Shown: positions 1 through 11,499 of the stretch, piece after piece
How the letters are laid out: each line of letters starts with the position of its first letter
How positions within the stretch are numbered: position 1 is the stretch's first letter
Assembly (NCBI RefSeq): GCF_006345805.1
Contig: NC_043014.1
Span: 39,184,001 to 39,248,000, forward strand
DNA: 64,000 nt
Source of the DNA: Octopus sinensis
Lineage: Eukaryota
Direction: 5' to 3'
Translations under genes and position numbers: made by a program
Notes under the pieces: generated by a model
Databases searched by the model: none
Seen by the model: only the letters and a program-made list of their open reading frames with translations
Told to the model about the DNA's origin: nothing

Positions 1-630
1 AAAAATGCTTCTGAAACTCTGCTTTCTTTATAGGTAGGGGTGTTGACATTAAACAAACTCATTTTTAACTCTGGGATGAAGTGGTCTGTATCAGTCTGGC
101 CTTTATCCATTGACCTGTCCAGCATGAGAGCCCCTCCCAAGATCTTGCACTCAGCTGTCAAAGCTGTCAGGGTCAGCAAGGCGTAAAAGCTACCACCCCA
201 CACTAAGGGTTGGACCTTGAGATGGTTGTTGTAGTATCACATACCAATTGTCAATGAATAAAAGAGACAGAACTCCAAGGAATTGTAATCTGTCTGTTAC
301 CAATAAAATAATTAATGGTTATACCCTGGACCAAAGACTTCTCATGGCTAAGATATAAATTGGTAGTTTGTTTTGTGAGTCAGTATGTATGTCGCTACTG
401 ACTGAATGAATGTCAGTCATGAAGAAGTATGTCTGGAATAAATGATGGTGATGGTGATGGTGGTGGTGGTGGGAGACATTTCACTACAGTTACAATAGTA
501 ATGTAAAGGGCATGAGCCAATGAAAGAACTACAATAAGATTGCTCAACCTATATGAAAAAATATCAGCGGAATCTCAGTTTTATACAACAGCAAAAAAAA
601 ATGCAGGAAATGTTGGACACTGTAGTTTCT

Positions 631-1046
631 TATTTCTTTACTGCCCACAAGGGGCTACACACAAAGGGGACAAACAAGGTTAGACAAACGGACCAAGTCG
701 ATTATATCGACCCCAGTGCATAACTGGTACTTAATTAATTGACCCTGAAAGGATGAAAGGCAAAGTCGACCCTGGCGGAATTTGAACTCAGAACGTAAAG
801 GCAGACGAAATACCGATTTCTTTACTACCCACAAGGGGCTAAACACAGAGAGTACAAACAAGGACAGACAAACAGATTAAGTCGATTACATCAACCCCAG
901 TGCATAACTGGTACTTAATTTATCGACCCCGAAAGGATGAAAGGCAAAGTCGACCTCGGTGGAATTTGAACTCAGAACGTAAAGACAGATGAAATACCGC
1001 TAAGCATTTTGCCCGGCATGCTAACGTTTCTGCTAGCTCGCTGCCT
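631..1046 (-). mobile_element. tRNA-derived SINE, family B (partial dimer)
   Basis: Two tandem family-B bodies on the minus strand, with the B-box-like GAGTTCAAATTCC in each. The pair is flanked by a single 10-bp direct repeat TGTAGTTTCT (621-630 and 1047-1056). Confidence 0.85.
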
Positions 1047-1453
1047 TGTAGTTTCTGATATACATATAGTAAAGCTGGTTGTAATTGGAATGTCTTTCAT
1101 CAAAGACTGCAGGATCACTGGATTGAAGCAACTATGAGACTAAACTGCAAGGGAGCGTTTACATCATCACATGAAATGCTAGGAATGGCAACTAAATCTC
1201 CCTTAAATTACAACCCTGTTGCCTAGAACAAACAGGAATAGCATACTGGACAATACAGTCTTCATATGTCTGTTGGATCATAGCTGACTTTCGGATAAAC
1301 AACTAGATATACTACTACTTACAACTGTGTATTAAATTCTGAATATGGGAGATACATGGAAAGAACTCTACATAGATGCTCAGTCAGTTGTATATATAGC
1401 AGCCAAATCTTCCTCAAATCAGACTGAAGGTATAGGTTGCTTACAATAAATGT

Positions 1454-1752
1454 GTGGAGGCGCAATGGCCTAGTGGTTAGGGCAGCGGACTCGCGGTCGC
1501 AGGATCGCGGTTTCGATTCCCAGACCGGGCGTTGTGTGTGTTTATTGAGCGAAAACACCTAAAAGCTCCACGAGGCTCCAGCAGGGGTGGTGATCCCTGC
1601 TGTGCTCTTTCACCACTCTTTCTCCCACTCTTTCTTCTTTTGGCCTGCTCGCTTAGCCAGCAGGGTGGCGTCATTCAAAGGCTAAAATAATGCGAACGCA
1701 TTGTGACCAGCGATGTGTAACAACATCTGATGGTCAGGTTGGTCACGTGATC
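1454..1752 (+). mobile_element. tRNA-derived SINE, family A
   Basis: tRNA-like head with A box TGGCCTAGTGG and B box GGTTTCGATTCC. An 11-bp TSD ACAATAAATGT lies at 1443-1453 and 1753-1763. Homologous copies occur at 26543-27146. Confidence 0.9.
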
Positions 1753-2509
1753 ACAATAAATGTATGGAATGGTGATGACTTGAAAGCCCTTCATCATAGA
1801 TCTTTTTAAACTGGGCTGATTTGGGGGTTAGGCAAGGACAATGTAAAGAACCTCAGGGGAAGTTGCAAAATCATCAATTTATGAAATGAACCCAGGAGGT
1901 ATGTGCAGAGATAAGGGGATGATAAGTAAAGGAGAAGGAGTCTTCCTTTGCTTTTGAATTAACCCTTTTAATGGACAGGGAAGGGTTTGCTTTTACACAG
2001 AAAGAGAAGAGAGAGAGAGGGGGAGAGAGAGAGAGAGAAAGAGAGAGAGAGTGAGAGAATGAGAGAGTATGTGTTGTGTTGATGAGTTTCTTTCTTGATG
2101 AGTTTCTTTCAGTTTCCATCTATCAAATCCACTCACAAGGCTTTGGTTAGCCTGAGGCTATAGTAGAAGACACTTCCCCAAGGTGCCATGCAGTGGGACT
2201 GAACCCAGAACCACGGGGTTGGGAACCAAGCTTCTCACCACACAGCCACACCAGCCCTCGAAAATCATCCCAAAATAATTTTTTTATGGGTTTTAAAATA
2301 GAAAAGATGCAGCTACAAGGAAAATGGTAATTATAAAAAACATAATAAAAGAGAATGCAAAATATGTAAACTGGTTTTATTAGTCTAATTACATTAAAGA
2401 TGGGACGAATTGTGCAAGAGGCAGAAGATGGAGCAGGGAGGCGGGGGATTATTGTTTGGAAGGAGAATGTTTTTCTATTAAGACTTCAGAAAGAACTATT
2501 TACTCATTA

Positions 2510-2910
2510 CTCATTTACTTGTTTCAGTCATTTGACTGTGGCCATGCTGGAGCACCGCCTTTAGTCGAGAAAATCGACCCCAGGGCTTATTCTTTGTAAG
2601 CCTAGTGCTTATTCTATCGGTCTCTTTTGCTGAACCGCTAAGTTACAGAGATATAAACACACCAGCATCGGTTGTCAAGCGATGTTGGGTGGGGGGACAC
2701 ACAAACACAACACACAAACATACACATATACATATATATACATATATATGACGGGCTTCTTTCAGTTTCCGTCTACCAAATCCACTCACAAGGCTTTGGT
2801 TGGCCCAAGGCTATAGTAGAAGACACTTGCCCAAGGTGCCATGCAGTGGGACTGAACCCAGAACCATGTGGTTCGTAAGCAAGCTACTTACCACACAGCC
2901 ACTCCTACGC
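2510..2910 (-). mobile_element. tRNA-derived SINE, family C (full length)
   Basis: Reverse complement of the family-C consensus: head GGAGTGGCTGTGTGGTAAG...GGTTCAGTCCC, then ACCTTGGGCAAGT, a central TA/CA microsatellite, and a tail ending GACTGAAACAAGT. Many copies occur in the window. Confidence 0.85.
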
Positions 2911-3246
2911 CTGACATTTTCTCTCCCACTTTGCTTAATTTAGGCTTTTTGGATGTACTTTCTTCACTTTTCATACTTGCAGGTCGTTTCATGAGAAATA
3001 TATCCAGAGAAGTCTGATTTTTCCTGCTTTTCAAAATGTTACGAAAATGTGCCAGAGCAGTGTCAGTGAACAATGCAGCTGTATGACCTAGAGATCCTAT
3101 TTCAGGATGATATTTTTCTCCAAATTCAGAAACATATTGCCACTTTGCCAACATTGCCACTTTGCCTTTATGTCATCTAGCCTTCTCCGCTACACTGGCC
3201 TCCTCTGGAGAACCAATCTCTTCCACTGCATCTGATTGCTGCTGCT

Positions 3247-3650
3247 TTGTTTGTTTGTTTGTTTGTTAAGTGAAGTGGTCTTCATCCCAGAGTTCACCAG
3301 ATTGCGTCTCTGCAGTGGGAGCAGTCCGAAACGTGGTCCTTTGCTATTTGTAAGACCCAAAAAAGAGAAAGCAGATCAACCCCTGACACCGAGAGCATCG
3401 ACGGATGGATGAATGCGCATCCAGGCTCAGCGGTTGCGTAGGAAGTCTGGGACAAGAAACAGGAAGAAAGAGTGAGAGAAAGTTGGAGCGAAAGAGTACA
3501 ACAGGGGTCGCCACCACCCCCTGCTGGAGCCTCGTGGAGCTTTAGGTGTTTCCGCTCAATAAACACACACAACGCCCGGTCTGGGAATCGAAACCGCGAT
3601 CCTCCGACTGCAAGTCCGTTGTCCTTACCACTGTGTCATTGTGCCTCCAC
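3247..3650 (-). mobile_element. tRNA-derived SINE, family A variant with a different 3' half, inserted in the transposase
   Basis: Same head and 5' body as 1454-1752, a different 3' half, and a (CAAA)n tail. A 10-bp TSD TGCTGCTGCT lies at 3237-3246 and 3651-3660. Confidence 0.88.
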
Positions 3651-4457
3651 TGCTGCTGCTCCTGAAGCTGCAGGAGCTCATCTGTCGTCAGCTCATCTGA
3701 GTGTTCCTCAAAGAAATCATTAATGTCCCCATCATCAACCACAAGGCCCATGGACTTGCCAAGAGACACTATCTCCTTGACTACAAGTGTTTCAAACTGT
3801 AACACCCTGAAATCTCTTTTGAATATGCAGTCAGACCACAGTTTTCTCCATGTGGAATTCAGCGTTCTCCTTGTTACACCCTGCCAGGCCATATCAGTGT
3901 TGTAGTGCTCCTTCCAAAACTCACAAAGGGTTAGATTTGTATTTTCAATGACATCAAAGCACCAACGAAACAGGTGCTTGGTGTACAATTTCTTAAAATT
4001 AGAAACCAGTTGTTGGTCCACAGGTTGCAAGATAGGAATGATGCTGCATGAAAGGTATAGAACTTTTATGGATTTAAATTCATCCAGGATATTATCTTCG
4101 AAGTTAGGAGGGTGAGCAGAAGCATTTTCAAGGATGAGGAGGGCCTTGAGAGGAAGATTGTTCTCCAAAAGGTACTTTTTCACTGCTGGTCTAAAGATAA
4201 GGTTGACCCACTTGGTGAAGAATTATCAAGCTTTAACATTTGCCCTCTCCATGACTTGCACTGTCTCCAAGATTTTGCACAACTTGAAGGCTCATGGCTT
4301 TTTGGAATGGGAGATAAGTCTCCACTCACATTGGCACAAACGGCAAGAGTTAGCCTATATTTCATAGGCTTGTGGACTGGCATTTTCTTCTCCTCTGCAG
4401 TTATGTAGGTTCTTCTGGGCAGATCTTTACAAAAAAGGCCAGTTTCATCACAGTTGA

Positions 4458-4695
4458 ATACTTGTTTCTTTACTACCCACAAGGGGCTAAACACAGAGAG
4501 GACAAACAAGGACAGACAAACGGATTAAGTCGATTATATCGACCCCAGTGCTTAACTGGTACTTATTTAATCGACCCCGAAAGGATGAAAAGCAAAGTTG
4601 ACCTCGGCGGAATTTGAACTCAGAACGTAACGGCAGACAAAAAAACCGCTTAGCATTTCGCCCGGCATGCTAACGATTCTGCTAGCTCGCCGCCT
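4458..4695 (-). mobile_element. SINE family B inserted in the transposase
   Basis: Full family-B copy with a 10-bp TSD TCACAGTTGA at 4448-4457 and 4696-4705. Confidence 0.9.
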
Positions 4696-5237
4696 TCACA
4701 GTTGATGAGTTGATGGAATTCATGCATGAAATCTTCAGCTGCCTTCGTGTCAGAACTCACTGCTTCTCCATACCTGACGACACTATGAACACCAGTCCTC
4801 TTCTTGAAATTAGCAAATCAGCCGCAACAGGCCTTAAATGCATCTGCTGATGTGTCCTCCGTTGATGTTCCAGGGTTCTGCTTTAAGAAATCCCTAAACA
4901 GCACTCATGCTTTCTTACAGATGATGTTCTCATATCCCCTGTGAGTTGCTTTTTGTTGATCCACAGGAGAAGCAATTTTTCCATCTCTTCGTGGACAGAT
5001 GTACATTGCTTAGAGAGCCTGGAGACACCCTTTGCTGTTGTAATGGCCCTGATCTTGTCCTTTTTCTTCAGGATGGTGCAGATCATTGATGTGCTATGTC
5101 CACCACATGCACTCCTCTTTTATGTTTATCAATGATTTCCTTCTCCAGTTCTATTGTAATCAGCTTTTTCTTCTCAGCACTGTCCTTTTCACTAACCTTA
5201 GGACAACTAATGGCTAACACAACTAATTATTATAAAA

Positions 5238-5597
5238 CTAGCACTGTGACCCGGCGTTGCCGGATCACAGTGCTAGTGCATGCATATACAGCTGCGTGCA
5301 TGTGCACATACACGCGAGTACTGTCCAAATCTCCGACCAGTCACATACAGCTAGCTGGCATTCAAATGGCGTATCAAGTTTCGGGCATTTTGATTGGGTT
5401 TTGGATAGAAAATTCACAAAAAAGTCACTTCTATTGATTTTTTAATGGCTTTACGGGGTGACTGGGGAAATGTAAAGATGTGCACGACCACCCTTGGACG
5501 GTTTTGAACAACCATATAAATGGCGAGCCATCTAACTGAAAAATTGTGGATTTGTAAAAAGGACACGCACGCAGACATTTTGCCGTTTATATATAGA
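5238..5597 (-). mobile_element. Non-autonomous Helitron
   Basis: The minus strand begins 5'-TCTATATATAAACGG and ends in a GC-rich hairpin followed by CTAG-3'. It is inserted between host A and T with no TSD. A second copy lies at 29349-29690. Confidence 0.85.
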
Positions 5598-6042
5598 TAG
5601 CTGCAAAAAAAACACACAAAATTGAAAAAAAAAACACTGGGAAAAACACAAGGATGCTGGCACAATGAGATGAACATGTGAACTGAGCAAGAAGAGGCTG
5701 CGCTTGTTGGGAGAGCATGTGGGAGCTCAGTGCTGACTAGTGGTCGCTTGTATGAGACTCACTCGTACTGTGGATTACCGCTCAAACTTCAAATCAAAAA
5801 TTCACATGAGCCTCGGCTCGTACAGCAAATTACTTATACAATAGTGCATTCTACTGCGAGGTTCTACTTGTACAATGGTGCATTCGTACTGCGATTTTGG
5901 GTACACATTATTGACAACTCACAAAAATGATGAAACATCGATGTCTGTCGCTCCTGAATGGGATCAGATGCAAGTTATTTAGCTTATCTATGACTTCTAG
6001 ATTTATTAAAACCAGGCACACTGATGAGACTATATTCTTTTA

Positions 6043-6604
6043 CGCATGGCTCAGTGGTTAGAGCATCGAGCTTACAATCGTGAGGTTGTGAGTTCGAATC
6101 CCGGACCGGGCTACATGTTGTGTTCTTGAGCAAGACACTTTATTTCATGTTGCTCCAGTGAGGTTGTGAGTTCAAATCCTGGACTGGGCTGTGTGTTGTG
6201 TTTTTGAGCAAGACACTTTATTTCACGTTGCTCCAGTGAGGTTGTGAGTTCAAATCCTGGACCGGGCTACATGTTGTGTTCTTGAGCAAGACACTTTATT
6301 TCATGTTGTTCCAGTGAGGTTGTGAGTTCGAATCCTGGATCGGGCTGTGTGTTGTGTTCTTGAGCAAGGCACTTTATTTCACGTTGCTCCAGTTCACTCA
6401 GCTGTAGAAATGAGTTGCGATGTCACAGGTGCCAAGCTGTATCGGCCCTTGCCTTTCCCTTGATACCATCGGTGGTGTGGAGAGGGGAGGCTGGTATATA
6501 CGGGTGACTGATGGTCTTCCATAAACAACCTTGCCCAGACTTGTGCCTGAGAGGGTAACTTTCTAGGTGCAATCCCATGGTCTGGCATAACCAAAGGGGG
6601 TCTC
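6043..6604 (+). mobile_element. tRNA-derived SINE, family D, with an internal 4 x 78-bp amplification
   Basis: A box TGGCTCAGTGG is followed by a B-box segment repeated four times (units start at 6080, 6158, 6236 and 6314), then the family-D body ending GGGGGTCTC. A normal copy lies at 23131-23463. Confidence 0.9.
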
Positions 6605-6716
6605 AGCATAAGCGCAGCCTACCTATGATCTCGCAAAACACATATCTTGTGTATGTTTTCAATATTGTTTGTACGTATATAAATTGAAAGAAGTCCATTG
6701 TACATATATATATATA

Positions 6717-6920
6717 TATCATCATCATCATCATTTAACGTCCGCTTTCCATGCTAGCATGGGTTGGACGATTTGACTGAGGTCACGCGAACCAGATGGC
6801 TGCACCAGACTCCAATATGATCTGGCAGAGTTTCTACAGCTGGATGCCCTTCCTAATGCCAACCACTCCGAGAGTGTAGTGGGTGCTTTTACGTGCCACC
6901 AGCATGAGGGCCAGTCAGGT
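6717..6920 (-). mobile_element. Family E repeat (RTE-LINE 3' UTR type, (TGA)n tail)
   Basis: Reverse complement ends ...CATGGAAAGCGGACGTTAAATGATGATG. Further copies lie at about 7262-7560, 27650-27826, 30880-31265, 32093-32390, 33085-33275, 34127-34310 and 54543-54722. Confidence 0.8.
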
Positions 6921-7611
6921 GATATATATATATGTACACACATACATGTGAAGGCACATGGCTTAGTGGTTAGTGTTTGTGAGATTGTGAGTTCGATTCC
7001 CAGACCGGATGACATTGTGTTCTTGAGTGAAGCACTTCATTTTATGTTGCTCTGTGATCATTTCAACATTTGACATTTGGCATCCGTTGCACCTGTACAG
7101 GTAATGTCTACCTGAAGGAGAAAGTGAGCTTATGTCTGCATAAACAAATCGATTTTGTGGTTGTTTGATAAGAAATTGTAAAACCCTCATACATCATCTA
7201 ACGACGGGAGAGTCCATCATATACATATATATATACATACACACACACACATATATATATATAGCACCATCCGATCGTGCCTGTTTGCCAGCCTCGCCTG
7301 GCCTCCGTGCCGGTGGCACATAAAAAGCACCATCCGATCGTGGCCGTTTGCCAGCCTCGTCTGGCACCTGTGCAGGTGGCATGTAAAAAGCACCCACTAC
7401 ACTCACGGAGGGGTTGGCGTTAGAAAGGGCATCCAGCTGTAGAAACACTGCCAGATCAGACTGGGCCTGGCGCAGCCTTCTGGCCTCCCAGACCCCAGTT
7501 GAACCGTCCAACCCATACTAGCATGGAAAACGGACGTTAAATGATGATGATGATGATGATATATATATATATATACACGCACGCACACACGATGGGTTAC
7601 TTTCAGTTTCT

Positions 7612-7835
7612 TATTTCTTTATTGCCCACAAGGGGCTAAACATAGAGGGGACAAACAAACGGATTAAGTCGATTACATCGACCCCAGTGCGTTGACTGGT
7701 ACTTAATTTATCGACCCCGAAAGGATGAAAGGTAAAGTGGACCTCGGCGGAATTTGAACTCAGAACGTAGCGGCAGACGAAATACCGCAAGGCATTTCGC
7801 CCGGCGTGCTAACGTTTCTGCCAGCTCGCCGCCTT
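7612..7835 (-). mobile_element. SINE family B nested inside a family-C SINE
   Basis: A 12-bp TSD CTTTCAGTTTCT lies at 7600-7611 and 7836-7847. The host family-C sequence resumes through about 7985. Confidence 0.88.
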
Positions 7836-9077
7836 CTTTCAGTTTCTGTCTACCAAATTCACTCACAAGGCTTTGTTTAGCGTATGGCTATAGTAGAAGA
7901 CACTTTCCCAAGGTACCAAGCAGTGGGACTGAATCCAGAACCGTGTGGTTGAGAAGTAAACTTCTCAAACACACGGCCACTATATATGTATGTATGTATG
8001 TGTGTGTGTGTCTTCTTTATATGTAACATCATCACTTTATCATCCACTTTTCTATGTTTGCATGGGTTGGATAGAATTTATTTTCTACGTTGTCATACAT
8101 GTTTCTCACACGACATTTGAAATAAATGACACCGCCCGTGTGATAACGAAACTCTGACATTAATTTTAAAAAAACATGATGCAATATTAAAACAAGGAAC
8201 ATGAATATACACATATGTACGTATACATACGTGTATGACAGGTTTCTTTCGGTTTTCTCGTCAAATAAATCTACTAATATGGCTTTGGTCAGCCCAGGCT
8301 ATAGCAGAAAACACGTGCCCAAGGTGTCACAAGCTGGAACTGAACTCAATACCATGGGACTGGGAAGTAGCCTTCTTGACCATATAGTCATGTCTGTATG
8401 TATATATGTATGTATGTGTGTGTGTGTTTGTTTACGTCTTCGTAACTTAGCAGTTCGGCATAAGAAACCGATAGAATGAGTACCGGGTTTAAAACTATAT
8501 GTACTCTGGTACCTTCGACTAAAACCCTTCAAAAGGTGCCCCAGCATGGCTGCAGTCCAATGACTGAAACAAGTGAGAGATAAAAGAAATCTATATACAT
8601 AGATATATATCATAAAAATCATGTATATAAACATATAAAAATATACGCGTATACACTTATATCTATACCTTGAAATATATACACAAATATACATACGTCT
8701 ATCTGTCTGTACGTATGTGTATATATATATATATATATATAATCTTTACTACCCTAATGTGCTGTTTACGCGTAAGGGAGCATTAAAACTTGCCGCCAAC
8801 ACTTTATGTACAAGTGAATGTCAAAATTCGGTCAATACGTTTCCCCTGAACACTACTGACGAAGAATTATATTGCTGAGTAAGTTCTTGAAATGAAATGT
8901 TAAAAAAAAATGGTAAGATATATTATTTACCAAGTTGCTTTTAGCTTAAAAAATTGAAAAAAAAAAAAACGATAAAAAATGAAACAGCTTAATTAAAGTT
9001 TATTTGTCGCACTAACAATATATTTAGTATAACGATATATAATAGAATAGTGTAGATTTATTGAAAAGAATACCGAG

Positions 9078-9145
<68 letters not shown>

Positions 9146-11499
9146 TAAATATCATACAGAATGATACTATAAAAATATTGATCAGTGCATTTAACAGAAG
9201 CACGAAAGCAAAGCTGTCGTTTATTGTGCATATGTGTTGTAATGAATGGATTTGTAATTTTAGGCACAAAACAGTAACAAAATGAAATGATACTGGGACA
9301 AGATAACACCAATTACTCTCGTAAGTTTAGATACAGTTCACATATATGCAGCATTACTGCGTATATACACAGTGAATTTTATTGAAATCGGTTTCTTTTT
9401 TTTCTTTTCCTCACATCTCCTTTCATTTTCCCTATTATAATTCATCGATTGCTATCTTTCTTGAATACAATTATTATAATTATAATTGTAATTATAATCA
9501 TTATTGCCTATGACTTTGAGCACCAAGACACCTTTTCTGAGGAATATATATTGAAGTGTATTTTATTATATTGATTTGATATGATAATAATAAAAGACTA
9601 TACGTAGGTAGCGATACATGTAATAAATGCTAGCGAGGAATATAAATATAATAGCAAAAGAAATACGTCGATGCTCATAGTGACTGCTAATATTTATCAT
9701 ATGCTGCTGAAAACCTGGAGATCGATGGAAAAAGGATGAAAGAAAGAAGTTAATAAATTCGCGATATATAGAAGAAAATACATTTTACTTTCATGGACAA
9801 ACTAATAATATAAATAAATCTGAAAATATAAAAAGGAAATAAGCGAACCTAAAAGTACAAAGATATTCAAGTTAGCTGAACAATGACCCTGAAATGTGTT
9901 TTGAAAACTAGGCGCCAAATGGTAGGAAGCTTATATAAAGGGGGTAAAAAATGTCTAAATAATTTTATTTCGTTAAAAAATTAAATATTTTCCAGATAAT
10001 ATGAAACACAATGACAATGTAGGTTTCGTGCCAATGTTGAAAGAGATTTTATCAGCTCCAAACGTGTTATTTTCTTTGTGATATGTATTTTGAGGTTAAC
10101 TTCGGTTAGTCATTTGACACATAAGCTAAAGCAGAGATTGTAATTGATTTGTCGATAGCAAGCCAAACTATACGATTATAAAACATCGTGTTTGTGTGCG
10201 TTAAAGAGGTCGGCTATCCGTTTAAGACCGGGATAAGCTGGTACCTTGTGCTCGTGGAACACCCCCGCACAGGTGCGTGTGTGGCTGGTGATTAAGTGTC
10301 ACTTGGAAGAGGAAAACTTTTCGAAAGAACTGAACTTTATGATAGCGGGACATTACAAGAAATTTACATGAGTAAATAACACGATGCTCTATATACTAAA
10401 TATGAATGGCTTACTTGGAAATAAGAAAATACCAAAAAGGTTTTTTCTTAAAAAATTGTCACTCTGAAAGAAAAAAAAACGAAAATAATTTTCTTATATT
10501 TCCAAAGTTTGCAATTAGAGAAGTCGTTTTTCCAGAACCAAACTGAATATATTTCCTCCCGATTTTTTTTTCTTTCAGATTATAATAGAAAATCCATAAA
10601 TTATATAAATATATATAACGTTAAATTCTTGATATACGCAAAGAATAAATTATTTCAAAAAATGATAAAGATAGGAACGAAAGAATACTCAAATGAACAG
10701 ATTGTTAAAATTGTTGGGAAAATATAATTAATTCATGATAAATTTAAAATTAACTATTTTTCAAATAACTGAATGATTGACCGAATTTTGGCAAAAGTCC
10801 AAATTTTTTTCTCTTTTCGCAAATTCCTATCTATAATTTTTTTTTTACTTCCAAATATTTTAATTCTTTCCTTTATTAGCTAATCTCTTTCAAACCATCA
10901 ATTTTCCTAAGTTCACTTTGAATTCTCTTCAGCCAGGTGATTTCTTAAATATCCCAATTGAATCTCCTATTCTTCTCTTAATCTTTCTATCTTTTTCCAT
11001 TCAAGAATCTTCCTTCCTCACTTTCTCCCGCTCTCTCTCTCTTCCACTTTCTGGTCTTTTTAATTTCTTTAAAAGTCCGGCATCCCTATTCTGGTCTCCT
11101 CGACAAGCTACTTCTTCTGCTGCTCACTCTTTCTTCCTACCATTTCTCCTTATTTCCTCTCGCCATCTGTCCTTGCCTGCTTCTGTCTTACCCCCTCTCT
11201 CGTTCCAATCCTGCCTGTGTTTCTACCCCACTCTCTCGTTCCCATCCTGCCTGTGTTTCTACCACCCCCTCTTTCGTTTTCGGTTTCCGCCTGTGTTTCT
11301 GTCTTTGTTTCTTTCTTTCTCCCCATCTCGTCTTCAATCTCTCTCTGTGTATCTACTTCCCTCTCTCCTTTTCATTCTGTATCTATTTCTTTTTAACTGT
11401 CTCCCCGTCACCTTTTGAATCTCTCCCTGACTCTCTTTCTTTCTCTCTATCTCCCCTTTACATCTGTCTCTATCTTTTCCTATCTGTTTATCTCCCCCT

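Larger units (their letters stand above)
2930..5870 (-). mobile_element. Degenerate Tigger/pogo DNA transposon (CENP-B HTH plus DDE transposase relic) with nested insertions
   Basis: Minus-strand ORF pieces are collinear with a Tigger-type transposase: ...ICTILKKKDKI...EEMEKLLLLWI (4883-5086), QVFNCDETGLF (4180-4509), ALLILENASAHP and ILQPVDQ (3542-4183), and C-terminal HFRNILKSRKNQTSLDIF (2888-3160). A putative 5' TIR reads TA|CAAGTAGAACCTCG on the minus strand, ending at 5870. The other TIR was not found. Confidence 0.88.

Noticed and set aside
1454-1535. tRNA gene
   Set aside because: The tRNA-like A and B boxes continue into a repeated SINE body flanked by a TSD, and there is no proper cloverleaf end.
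6080-6391. CRISPR-like array (also the 63-bp repeats at 31080-31263)
   Set aside because: The units are contiguous with no unique spacers, they derive from retroposons, the context is eukaryotic, and there are no cas genes.
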